Assembly: GCA_963809485.1 (NCBI GenBank)
Contig: CAWEJX010000020.1
Span: 896,001-960,000 of the forward strand
Direction: 5' to 3'
Source: an uncultured Acidobacteriota bacterium
GTDB lineage: Bacteria; Acidobacteriota; UBA6911
Length of the DNA: 64,000 bases
Positions 20,064-29,524 of the stretch are shown here, piece by piece. The position numbers and the translations under genes were made by a program. Every line of letters begins with the position of its first letter. Position 1 is the first letter of the stretch. The notes under the pieces were generated by a model that was given only the letters and a program-made list of their open reading frames with translations, was not told where the DNA came from and searched no databases.

Positions 20064-20465
20064 AGTCAGGCACCTCCGGCAAAGCCGGAGGCTTGAAAGA
20101 TTTGAACCGCTCAAAGCGGTTGGAGGAGTTATGCCGGTCTTGAACGCTGACTTACGCGGGCAAAAGCCGATGAGGCGCTTCCGATCCCCGCAGGGGCCAG
20201 CGCTCCGCGCTGGACAGTTTTCTGCGGCGGCACTGTGGCAAGCGCCGTGAGGCAAGGAGATGAAGGGTATGAGAAACCGGGCGTTTGCCACAGTGCCGCT
20301 GCAGAAAACTCCATCGGAAGCGCCTCATCGGCTTTTGCTCGCCGACCCTCGCCGAACAAATCGGCGTTTGTCAGCGCTTTTATCAGCGTTTCTCAGCGTT
20401 TCAAAATACGGAGCTGTCAAACTCTTTGAGTCCCCCGGCAGAGCCGGTGGTTTACCAATGTAATT
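20064..20465. mobile_element. ~402-bp palindromic element, copy 2
   Basis: Same sequence and orientation as copy 1 with scattered substitutions. Confidence 0.85.
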
Positions 20466-20577
20466 AGGAATGATGAATTCCGAGGTCGGGCTTAACTTCT
20501 GCGGTGCAACATTCGACATTCAATATTTGTCAAACGGCTGACGCCTCACCGGCAGGGCCGGCGGATCTGCCCATGGA

Positions 20578-21690
20578 TCAGACCAGACGGTCCCCGGCGA
20601 TTCTTGTGTCGTAGCCGCCCAGTCCCTCGAGCTCCCTGCGGAAGGAAGTGCGCCCGAGAGTATCCAGAAGGATCTGCACGCCGGGATGGCTCAGGTTCTG
20701 TTTGCGGATCACCAGGTCGTAACGTTCGCTGGCCAGGGGGATGAAGTCGAGCCCGAAGACACACGCCGCCGTCTTCGTCGCCAGGCAGCAGTCCGCGCCG
20801 CCGGTCTTGACCTGCCAGGCGGCCGGCAGGTGCCCGACGGCTATCTCTTTGTAGCCCCGAACGGCTTTGGCCGGGATTCCGGCTTTCTGCAGGTACGTAT
20901 CCAGCACCAGGCGGCTGCCGGCGCCCGGCTCACGGTTGATGATGACGACATCCTTCCGAGCCAGGTCGGAGATGTCTCTTATGTTTTTCGGGTTGCCCCG
21001 GGCCACAACGATCCCTTCTTCCCATATCGCGTAGGAGATCACGGCGACCGACCCCTTGGGGAAATGCTTCCGCACCGCGGGGAGGTTGGACTCGCCGGTA
21101 GCCTCGTCTCTGAGGTGCGATCCAGCAATATGAATCATGGATTGCTTGAGCAGCTCCAGGGACTGGGAGCTGTTCCGGTAAGCCACCACCGCTTCAACCC
21201 CCTCTCTCTGCAAATGCCTCAACAGGACGGAAATACCCGGGTCGCAGCCGGCGATCAGAAGCCGCGTGCGGTATTGCTTTTCTTCCTGGAAAAGCTGGAC
21301 CCGGCCCTTGCCCGGGCGCTTGCCGGCCTCTATAAGCACAGCATCGGCCGGCGGCAGGCTCCAGGCGGCCGGCGCCGGGAGAACTGCGACCAGCTTATCC
21401 TCAACGTGGCACAGCTGGACAGGCAGGCCGGCCTGTGGTTCCTGTTCCGCGGGCAGCAGTTCGACAGACTCCGTGCGGGCCGGCGGTTCCGTGCTCTCGA
21501 TCTGGAACAGGTCCTCCACCTTGACATCAAGGACCCGGGCCAGGTTGAGGGCAAGCAACGTGTTCGGCACGTAGGTGCCGGTTTCCATGGCGTATATCGT
21601 CTGTCGGCTCACGCCGATTTTTTTGGCCAGCTCGATGGCGCTCAGGCCGCGTTTCTGTCTGTATTGCGCCAGATTGGTGTGGACGGTCAT
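20578..21690 (-). CDS. XRE-type HTH regulator fused to a periplasmic-binding-protein-like molybdate-binding domain
   Basis: N-terminal GLSAIELAKKIGVSRQTIYAMETG; C-terminal HIAGSHL, INREPGAGSR, ERYDLV; divergent from modABC. Confidence 0.88.
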   Translation of the reverse strand: MTVHTNLAQYRQKRGLSAIELAKKIGVSRQTIYAMETGTYVPNTLLALNLARVLDVKVEDLFQIESTEPPARTESVELLPAEQEPQAGLPVQLCHVEDKLVAVLPAPAAWSLPPADAVLIEAGKRPGKGRVQLFQEEKQYRTRLLIAGCDPGISVLLRHLQREGVEAVVAYRNSSQSLELLKQSMIHIAGSHLRDEATGESNLPAVRKHFPKGSVAVISYAIWEEGIVVARGNPKNIRDISDLARKDVVIINREPGAGSRLVLDTYLQKAGIPAKAVRGYKEIAVGHLPAAWQVKTGGADCCLATKTAACVFGLDFIPLASERYDLVIRKQNLSHPGVQILLDTLGRTSFRRELEGLGGYDTRIAGDRLV

Positions 21691-21854
21691 CTCCGCCTCT
21701 TTCGAATATCGCCTTCGTGAAGGACCGGCTGCCCGAATCGCAGGGACACTGTATCACGATGTCCGGATCCCGGGGTAGCCCCGTCCGCGGTTCGGGAAAC
21801 TCCCATTTCTCCGGCGCCGAAGGCCCTTTTCAGGATGCCGATTTTAGATTACAC

Positions 21855-21872
21855 TGTCATTTTACCATGACA
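21855..21872. promoter_or_regulatory. Palindromic operator candidate TGTCAT-N6-ATGACA
   Basis: Perfect 6-bp inverted repeat between the divergent regulator and modA. Confidence 0.6.
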
Positions 21873-21939
21873 TGGTTGGTTTGGACCTTTGCCGTGCATG
21901 GAGTCGGATGAATCCTTTGGGCCCGTCGGGCAGGTTTGC

Positions 21940-22716
21940 ATGATGAAGCTTTTCAGCGCAGCGATGCTGGCACTCGCGATGGCTTTTGCTTTGACGCCAT
22001 CCTGCGCTTCCGCTCCGGCGGGCGACGAAATCCTGGTCTCGGCGGCGATCAGCCTGAAAAACGCTTTTGAAGAAATCGGTTCCGCTTTTGAGAAGGGGAC
22101 CGGAGTCCGGGTGAGGCTGAATCTCGGAGCGTCCGGCCTGCTGCAGAAGCAGATCGAAAGCGGCGCCCCGGTCGACGTTTTCGCCAGCGCCGGGGAAAAA
22201 CAGATGGATGAACTCCAGGCCCGAGGATTCATCTTCCCCGAGACCCGGCGCAATTTCGCCCGCAACGTTCTCGTGCTCGTGGTACCGGCGGGCTCCAGGC
22301 TCCCGATCCATTCGTTCGCCGATCTTGCCAATCCAAAGGTCGAACGCGTTGCGGTCGGCAACCCCAAAACGGTTCCTGCCGGCCAGTATGCCCGGGAGGC
22401 GCTGACGAACCTCAAAGTGTGGGACAAGCTTCAGTCCCGGCTTGTGCTGGCGGAAAATGTGCGTCAGGTCATGGATTACGTCGCGCGCGGAGAAGTGGAA
22501 GCGGGTTTTGTGTATGCGTCCGATGTGCCGGCAGCGCATGGAGAAGTTTCCACCGCGGCCACTGCGCCCGAAAGCGCACACGGACCGATCTTATATCCTG
22601 TAGCCGTCGTCAAAGGGACCGGGAATCGCGGAAATGCTCAACGCTTCATCGATTGGACGATGGGCAAATCGGGACAATCGATTTTGGCAAAACACGGTTT
22701 TTCAAATCCACGGTAA
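21940..22716 (+). CDS. modA: Molybdate/tungstate ABC transporter substrate-binding protein
   Basis: SAAISL, ASGLLQKQIESGAPVDVFASA, VPAGQYA, ENVRQV, GFVYASD; start taken at MMKLF. Confidence 0.94.
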   Translation: MMKLFSAAMLALAMAFALTPSCASAPAGDEILVSAAISLKNAFEEIGSAFEKGTGVRVRLNLGASGLLQKQIESGAPVDVFASAGEKQMDELQARGFIFPETRRNFARNVLVLVVPAGSRLPIHSFADLANPKVERVAVGNPKTVPAGQYAREALTNLKVWDKLQSRLVLAENVRQVMDYVARGEVEAGFVYASDVPAAHGEVSTAATAPESAHGPILYPVAVVKGTGNRGNAQRFIDWTMGKSGQSILAKHGFSNPR

Positions 22717-22719
22717 TTC

Positions 22720-23379
22720 ATGATCTGGCCTACTCTCCGGCTTTCGCTCCTGGTTGTCAGCATCGCCACGATTTTGATCGGCGTGGCCGGAACCGCGCTG
22801 GGATTTCTGCTTGCCAAACGACAATTCCGGGGCAAGGACCTCCTGGACGCAATCCTGACCCTGCCGATGGTCCTTCCGCCGACCGTGACCGGGTATTACC
22901 TCATCCTTTTACTGGGAAGGCGCGGTTTGCTGGGAAAGCCGTTGTATGACCTGACCGGGTGGACCGTGGCCTTCACCTGGATTGCAGCCGTCATAGCCTC
23001 GACCGTGATCGCGCTTCCCCTGATGATCAAGTCCGCCCGCGCGGCCATCGAGAGCGTCAACGAAGACTATGAAATCGCTTCCCGCATCATGGGCAAGAGC
23101 GAGCTCGAAACTTTTTTCCGAATAACGCTGCCCCTGGCCGGCCGGGGGATCCTGGCAGGAATTGTTTTAAGCTTCGCGCGCGCATTCGGAGAATTCGGGG
23201 CGACCCTCATGCTGGCAGGCAACATTCCCGGCAAGACGCAAACGATGCCACTGGCTATTTATGAAGCGGTGGTATCCGGCGAAGATGCGCGGGCTAAATG
23301 GCTGGCCCTAATATTGACGGGCATATCCGTCACCGTTGTTTATATAACCAACCGGCTCTCGCGGCCGAAGAAAGGGTGA
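22720..23379 (+). CDS. modB: Molybdate ABC transporter permease
   Basis: LPMVLPPTVTGY, FARAFGEFGATLMLAGNIPGKTQT. Confidence 0.95.
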   Translation: MIWPTLRLSLLVVSIATILIGVAGTALGFLLAKRQFRGKDLLDAILTLPMVLPPTVTGYYLILLLGRRGLLGKPLYDLTGWTVAFTWIAAVIASTVIALPLMIKSARAAIESVNEDYEIASRIMGKSELETFFRITLPLAGRGILAGIVLSFARAFGEFGATLMLAGNIPGKTQTMPLAIYEAVVSGEDARAKWLALILTGISVTVVYITNRLSRPKKG

Positions 23380-23382
23380 AAC

Positions 23383-24468
23383 ATGCTGGACGCCCGCATC
23401 AGGAAACAGCTTGGCTCCGGCAACGGGCACACCCTGGCCATTGATGTGACCTTTAGGGCGGGCAGCGGCGTCACGGTGCTCTTCGGATCCTCCGGAGCCG
23501 GCAAAACCAGCATCCTGCGTGCCATCGCCGGTATCCTCGCGCCGGACGAGGGCAGGATCACGCTCGACGAAACAGTGTTTTTCGATTCGTCTGCCGGCAT
23601 CAACCTGCCGATGCAGAAGCGCAAGGTGGGATACGTGTCTCAAAACCATGCGCTTTTCCCGCATTTAACCGCTGAGCAGAACGTCATGTACGGCATCCGG
23701 ACGCATTCGCGGCATTCGGCGCACGAGCGTGCGCGCGAGCTTCTTGATTTGCTGGGAATCCTGAAAACAGCGGAGAGCTATCCGCATGAATTATCCGGCG
23801 GCGAGCAGCAGCGTGTCGCCCTGGCCCGCGCCCTTGCCACGGATCCCGGGATAATGCTTCTGGATGAGCCCCTGTCGGCGGTCGATATCGCCACGCGCTC
23901 CCGGCTTGGGGAGGAGATCGCCGCAGTCCAGCAGCGAACCGGCATCCCTTTCCTTTATGTGACGCACAGCCACAATGAAGCCGTACACCTGGGCAACACG
24001 ATGATTGTCGTGGACGAAGGCAAGGTCGTGCAGGAAGGCCCCCCCCTGGAAATTTTTAACGCTCCCCGGACCGCCCCTGTAGCCAGGGTGGTCGGCGCGG
24101 AAAACGTCTTTGTGGGCAAAATCCTGGGCCACCAGCCCGAAGGCGGGATAACCGAAATCGACCTGAATTCCTGCCTGATCGAGGCTCCCTATAACGGATT
24201 GCCCATAGGAAATATGATCACGGTCGGGATCCGTTCGGAAGACATTATCGTCTCCCGGGAGCGTCTCACTCAAACCAGCGCCCGGAACGTGCTGCCGGGA
24301 GTGATCCGGAACATCCTTCACGATGTGGATAAAACGGAGCTGGTCGTGGGATGCGGCGTCGACTTCAAGGTCAGCGTGACACAGGCAGCAATCCAGGCGC
24401 TGAACCTTGAAATCGGATGCCCGGTCTACCTCCTGATCAAAGCCAGGGCCCTCCACCTGCTCGCGTGA
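23383..24468 (+). CDS. modC: Molybdate ABC transporter ATPase with TOBE domains
   Basis: GSSGAGKT, LSGGEQQR, LLDEP, SARN TOBE motif. Confidence 0.93.
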   Translation: MLDARIRKQLGSGNGHTLAIDVTFRAGSGVTVLFGSSGAGKTSILRAIAGILAPDEGRITLDETVFFDSSAGINLPMQKRKVGYVSQNHALFPHLTAEQNVMYGIRTHSRHSAHERARELLDLLGILKTAESYPHELSGGEQQRVALARALATDPGIMLLDEPLSAVDIATRSRLGEEIAAVQQRTGIPFLYVTHSHNEAVHLGNTMIVVDEGKVVQEGPPLEIFNAPRTAPVARVVGAENVFVGKILGHQPEGGITEIDLNSCLIEAPYNGLPIGNMITVGIRSEDIIVSRERLTQTSARNVLPGVIRNILHDVDKTELVVGCGVDFKVSVTQAAIQALNLEIGCPVYLLIKARALHLLA

Positions 24469-24499
24469 AGGTCGATTGCAGGCTTTCCCCGCAAAGCAA

Positions 24500-25039
24500 C
24501 TATTGCCCGGCATTCAATCGATTTGCCAGTTTGGTGCCATCCACCAGGTTTATGCTCGTAATCCCGTAGATCTGCCTGTCGTGAGAGCCGTCGCCCAGGA
24601 CAACCAGCCGGTAGGGCGCTTCCTTGCCTGAGAGAGGCCTGCCATCAACCTCCCAGACCAGCCAGGCCTGTTGATTGCTGCCCTGCGGCATCAGCTCGGC
24701 CAGAGAAAAGAAAACGCGGTATGAGTCGTGGGCCTGGATATAGACCAGGAATGTCAGGTCGTAATGCTTGGGGGTCTTCTCGACCTTGGGTTCGGCGGCT
24801 TTGATGAGCGAGATCAGCGGGACGCCTGTCGCCATCTGCTGCTGCCCGTCCTTGCCGGCCGAAAACCTGATAGTTTGAATTTCATTGGAGAATTGCTGCC
24901 TGACGTCCGGGACAGACCATTCACGAGGCTTGAGGACGTCGCCGCGCACCGTGACGGTCGTCGGCTCTTGGGCGAGTGCATACGATACTGTGAAGAGCAC
25001 TGCTACCGCGATTTTCGACACAACAGGGAAATAGCGCAT
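24500..25039 (-). CDS. Exported sulfite-oxidase-fold (Oxidored_molyb-like) protein lacking the catalytic Cys
   Basis: Signal peptide; TVRGDV, GVPLISLI, AHDSYRVFFSLAEL, DGRPL...PYRLVV..D; start taken at MRYFPV. Confidence 0.7.
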   Translation of the reverse strand: MRYFPVVSKIAVAVLFTVSYALAQEPTTVTVRGDVLKPREWSVPDVRQQFSNEIQTIRFSAGKDGQQQMATGVPLISLIKAAEPKVEKTPKHYDLTFLVYIQAHDSYRVFFSLAELMPQGSNQQAWLVWEVDGRPLSGKEAPYRLVVLGDGSHDRQIYGITSINLVDGTKLANRLNAGQ

Positions 25040-25242
25040 GGACCGGCTCCTTTTCCAATAAGCAATACCATGCCACAAATCGGTTCGGCGATCCACACCC
25101 CAAGGGAAACCCTCGATAACCTCAGGTTTGCAGGTTGTGAGGCCTAACCTCAAAATATGTTATCGGGCTTTCCAAAGGGAGCCGTTGCCGGCTGTGGATA
25201 ATTTTGGGATTCATTCCGAAAAGAGACAGATATTGAGGAGGG

Positions 25243-25812
25243 CTAATACAGCTTGAACCAGATTCTGTAGTAGTTGTTGCCGAAACTCATGAGCGGCTTC
25301 GCGTCGTCCGCCGACACAACCAAAGCTATCCAGCCTTCCAGCGAGTCGCCGGGATAAAGCCGACCGCTAAGCTCAGGCTTTGGCTGAGAAACCGCCGGGC
25401 GGTCATACTGCCTGCCTTTTTCCGAAACTGCGGCAAACTGTTCGGCCCGAATGCCATAGCTCGGACCTCCGCCTCCCTTGTCGCCGTATTCAATGCGGAT
25501 CCGTACCGCAACAAATTCCATCCCTGCTTCAGGCGGTTTGTTGGACGGATTGGCTTTCACAAGCTCCCAGGCCTTTTCGCCCCGAAGAACCTCCAGAACC
25601 GTCATTCGCGCTTCGACGCTTTCAGTTCCGGTAACATACCCTTCCCCGATCGTGATCTTGCTTTTGACCGTAGCCCCAATTGCGGCAGCTTCATTCGCCG
25701 CAGGCGTCTGCGCCTGGAGCAAGCCTGCTCCCAAAATCAGCAGAATCAACGGAAAATATGCTTTTGTCATAAGAAGTTTCATAAGAGTCTCGTCTCTGAT
25801 TTTCAGGATCAA
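25243..25812 (-). CDS. Exported hypothetical protein (DUF4352-like Ig fold)
   Basis: Signal peptide; PEAGMEFVAVRIRI, LYPGDSLEGWIAL. Confidence 0.6.
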   Translation of the reverse strand: MILKIRDETLMKLLMTKAYFPLILLILGAGLLQAQTPAANEAAAIGATVKSKITIGEGYVTGTESVEARMTVLEVLRGEKAWELVKANPSNKPPEAGMEFVAVRIRIEYGDKGGGGPSYGIRAEQFAAVSEKGRQYDRPAVSQPKPELSGRLYPGDSLEGWIALVVSADDAKPLMSFGNNYYRIWFKLY

Positions 25813-25900
25813 AGGATCAAAGGATCAGAGGGAAAAGCGCAATGATGACGCTGATGCTCCCCTTTGATCCTTGATTCCTTTGATCCTTGATCCCTTTTTC

Positions 25901-27703
25901 TCAGCGTCCCGACTGGGTCAAGGTCGCCCCGGTTACCTTCTTGACCGAGTGATTAGGATTTGGGGTTGCGCCTCCGAAAAGCCAGGTATATCCAGCCGTG
26001 CCGCCGGCAACAATGATGTCGATATGGCCCGGCGTCTGAACTACCGGGATCTTCCCCCCGGGCTTCAGGGCTTCCCTGAAGACAGGAACGGCTTCGGGAA
26101 TGAACTCGCCGGCATCCAGGCTTTCATTGATGGATTTTATGGCTCGCTGGTCTGCTCGTTCATAGGGCACTTTGGACTGCTCCCAGAGGAATTTCTGCAC
26201 GTCCTTCTTGCTCATGCCCTTTTCCTTCAGCCGCCGTGCGCACTCCGGGTGCATGACCACGGTCCAGACCGAAGTCCAGACGACCGTCGTCCCTCTCAGG
26301 TTGCTGATACGCTGGATTATGCTGTCCAGGATCCCGTCTTCAGTCCAGGGTGCGACGGCGCCGCCTCCTATAAGGCCCATCGTTCCGGCCGGCACTGTCG
26401 CCGTCATGACGACGCTGTCGCCGGGTTTGTATCCCTTTTCCACTGCATAGGATTCCCAAGGGCTTTCCGGATCCTCGGCAAAGGTCCAGAAAGTATAGGA
26501 GTTTATGCGCCCGGTTCCAGCCATGTCATTGACGTCCGGCCATGTCTGCCCCATGTTCATCGTAACCAGCTGTACGGCGCGCCCGATGGTGGCATTAGCC
26601 CGGAATCCGTATCCCAGAAGACCCATGCCGGAGTTCATGTTCAACTCCTTGCCAAGCGGTCCGCTGACAACGATGGCCGGGAACGAAGACGACGTGGACA
26701 TGCGCCACCAGGTGCCGTCATATTGGGGATCCGACAGGCCTTCGACAGCGGCGATTATGGCGGGCAGGTATTCCGGCCTGGCGCCTGCCATCACGGCGTT
26801 GATGGCAATCTTTTTGACCGTGGCGGTCCCCCTGCGCGGCGGCAGCGTACCGATGACTTCAGCGGGACTGCGGCTTGTGCCGGTCAGCATCCAGGCAACA
26901 GCCTGCGGGGTCGGCGGCACAACCGGAAGCCCGTCGCTCAACTGCTTCTCCATGAAAAACTGCGTGACAGCGTCCACGGCCATGTCCGAGCTGTTTGCCG
27001 TTACCTTGAACGAATCGGGAATGGCTTCCTTCTCTTTGATTTTCGGCTTGGCCTCTTCCTGGGTAGCCGGACGGGTCAGTGCTTCGACGACCTGGTCGAA
27101 ATATTTCTGCGCCAGATCGCCGGACATCTTGGCATCGATTCTGGACCTGTACCAGTCCCTTGCAGGCAGCACCACCATGCGCAGGCCGGGCAGGCCCACA
27201 TCCTCGGCCGCCATCTTCGCATCGTGCCGGAACTGATCGGTGGTGATAAGAACTCCCGGTTTCCCGAGTTTTTCCACTCTGAACGTGTCGTGGGAACCCC
27301 ACCACGTACAGGACCCTCAATCCGCTATCGTGTAAATGAACGCATCCGCGCTCTTCGCCACCTCCACGTACCATCCGTCCGCGGAATAGATCAGCCTGCC
27401 TCCTCCCTGACCACCTTGCGGCTTGGTGGTGCGCAGGACCTTTATGCCGGGAAATTTTTGCTTCAATAATTCTTCAAAGCGGTCCTGCAAAAATACGCCG
27501 CCTGTTTTCCAGTTGTCCATCAAAGCGACTGTCTTGCCATTCAGGTCCGGCAGTCGGGGGTTGATGCCCAATGTGGGCGGGGGAATGATTTCACCCAAAG
27601 GATTGAGCACTTCCACGGTAATCGCGGCCTTTTGGGGGCCGGCCCAGGAAATGCTTACAGCTAAAAGGAGTGCTGTCAGCAGAATCACTGTCCGTATTTT
27701 CAT
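25901..27703 (-). CDS. UGSC-motif selenoprotein (~600 aa, Sec at codon 129) with signal peptide
   Basis: ORF 27703-27317 ends ...YTIAD-TGA and continues in frame GSCTWWGSHDTFRVEKLG into ORF 25901-27277; SECIS-like hairpin follows the UGA; C-terminal part has DGLPVVPPT, IAINAVMAGA, RANATIGRA. Confidence 0.88.
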
Positions 27704-27934
27704 ACCTTTGCCAATTTCCTTTCATGAACCTCAAGAACGGATCCATCTTACTCCAGACAGGTCCGGGTATAAAAACAAAACAGCCGCGATATTCCATGAA
27801 CTCTTTCGGCGATCCCACAATCCTTGCCGGGGGATTCGCGAACCCCGGAATTTGGTAACGCCGATCAACGCGGACAAAAGCGCTGAGGAACTCCGACAAT
27901 CAATAAGATAAGGTCAGAGCCAAGGCTGATGGCG

Positions 27935-28579
27935 CTATTTCTTGCCTTCGGGACGGTCATCTTCGCTCATCTTCCTGAGTTCTTCCAGCGTGTCCAGTCT
28001 CGCACTGGGATTGATCTCCTTGCCGCACCGGAAGGCGTCCCCGAGATATTCCCCGATTGCGTAATAGGCAGGACCGCTGAATACAAAAGGCCGCACTTTG
28101 GATGGATCGGGCCTGCCGTCAACCAGGCATTCTTCCGAGACAAAGGATTCGACAATTTTCCCGACTATGAGTTCATGACTTCCGAGATTGAGGATCTGCA
28201 CCACCTCACAGGCGTGGTTGATGGGGCATTGCTCAATAAGCGGCGCGTTGGGCAGTTTGCCGAAAAATACCGTGAATTTGCAGTCGCCGGCCTTGTTTAT
28301 CCGTTTGCCGGAAGCCATGCCGCAGTAATCCGTTTCCCTGACCTGACCGACCGAAGGGACATTCACGGAAAAAACCATATGCTGCCGGACGCCCTTTAAA
28401 GAGTGCCGATGGTGCTGCAGGGCGATGGTGACCGACGGCGGAACGCTGGCGGCGACACCCGTCCACGCCACCGTGGTGAAATCGGGTTGGCCCTCCACAT
28501 TGACACCTATCATGATGGTCGGGTAAACACCCAGGATCGGCAGCGGACCTGCCTTGTGCTCCAGCCTTACTTTGCCCAT
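27935..28579 (-). CDS. Flavin reductase / flavoredoxin family protein
   Basis: VYPT, VAWTG, FSVNVPS, DYCGMASG, APLIEQCP, GSHELIVGKI. Confidence 0.9.
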   Translation of the reverse strand: MGKVRLEHKAGPLPILGVYPTIMIGVNVEGQPDFTTVAWTGVAASVPPSVTIALQHHRHSLKGVRQHMVFSVNVPSVGQVRETDYCGMASGKRINKAGDCKFTVFFGKLPNAPLIEQCPINHACEVVQILNLGSHELIVGKIVESFVSEECLVDGRPDPSKVRPFVFSGPAYYAIGEYLGDAFRCGKEINPSARLDTLEELRKMSEDDRPEGKK

Positions 28580-28588
28580 TTCTCCTCC

Positions 28589-28930
28589 CTAAGATCGTCT
28601 CTTTTTATTTTCAGGAATCTTTGCTTTCAGAACATCCTCCGCCCAGTCCAGCGCGGCCATCATCCTCGGAAATCCTATTGGCGCTAAAGCCAAAATTATG
28701 GCATGGCGTATTTCCGCGGGCTCCACCCCTGCATCCAGGGCTTTGCGAACCTGCGACCGCACCGATCCTTCGGTGTGAGATCCTGTAGCCACGCCCAGTT
28801 TGACCAGGAGTTGTTCCCTCTCGCTCAGCGGCCCGAACTTCCGGCATTCGGCGGCAAGGTTTTCGTAGGCCTCTGTAATCTGCGGATTCCCTTCTGCAAA
28901 CTCGCGAAACCATTCCGGGACTTTTCTCAT
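28589..28930 (-). CDS. Carboxymuconolactone decarboxylase (CMD/AhpD-like) family protein, no CxxC
   Basis: GPLSEREQLLVKLG, EGSVRSQVRKALDAG, IGFP; start taken at MRKVPEW. Confidence 0.85.
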   Translation of the reverse strand: MRKVPEWFREFAEGNPQITEAYENLAAECRKFGPLSEREQLLVKLGVATGSHTEGSVRSQVRKALDAGVEPAEIRHAIILALAPIGFPRMMAALDWAEDVLKAKIPENKKRRS

Positions 28931-29007
28931 ATATCCTCCGATTGTAGAAAGGCGCATTATATTCTATATTTGGGCCGAGCTGCAGCCCGGAACTCAAAGG
29001 AGGTTGT

Positions 29008-29421
29008 GTGAACATTCTTTTATGGCTTGTTTTGAGCGGGATCCTCCCCCTGGCCTTCGCACAAAACGGGCAGAAATATCCGGTGGATTCTCAGTCCGGC
29101 CGGGCGATCGGCGCCAGGGAAATATCTCCGGAGGAACTGAAGCGCAGTATCGGCAAGGATAAGGTTTTGATTATCGATGTGCGAGAGCCGGACCTTTTTG
29201 CCAAGGAGACGCTCAAGGGCGCGATCAACATCCCGATCGATCAGCTCCAGTCCAGGCTGAAAAGCATCCCCAAAGGTACGACTCTTTACTTTACCTGAAA
29301 CACCGGGCGCCGGAGCTCGCAGGCTGCGAAGCTCGCTGAAGATGCCGGATTCAAAACAGCGGCATTCTGTCCTTTGAAAGAGTGGAAGGAAAAGGGATTC
29401 GGGACTGAAGCCGGAAAGTAG
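29008..29421 (+). CDS. Rhodanese-domain selenoprotein (Sec at the active site, codon 97) with signal peptide
   Basis: IIDVREP...LKGAINIP...LYFT-TGA-NTGRRSSQAAKLAEDAGF...EW...stop at 29419-29421; UGA sits at the rhodanese catalytic Cys position; hairpin follows. Confidence 0.88.
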
Positions 29422-29524
29422 AATACATCCGGTTATGTCCGAATGTTTGATGGCTCAAAAATGCACCCATCCATCGCTTTTATGCCATTCAGGAGCTTTT
29501 TACACCATCGCCCGGTAATTCAGG

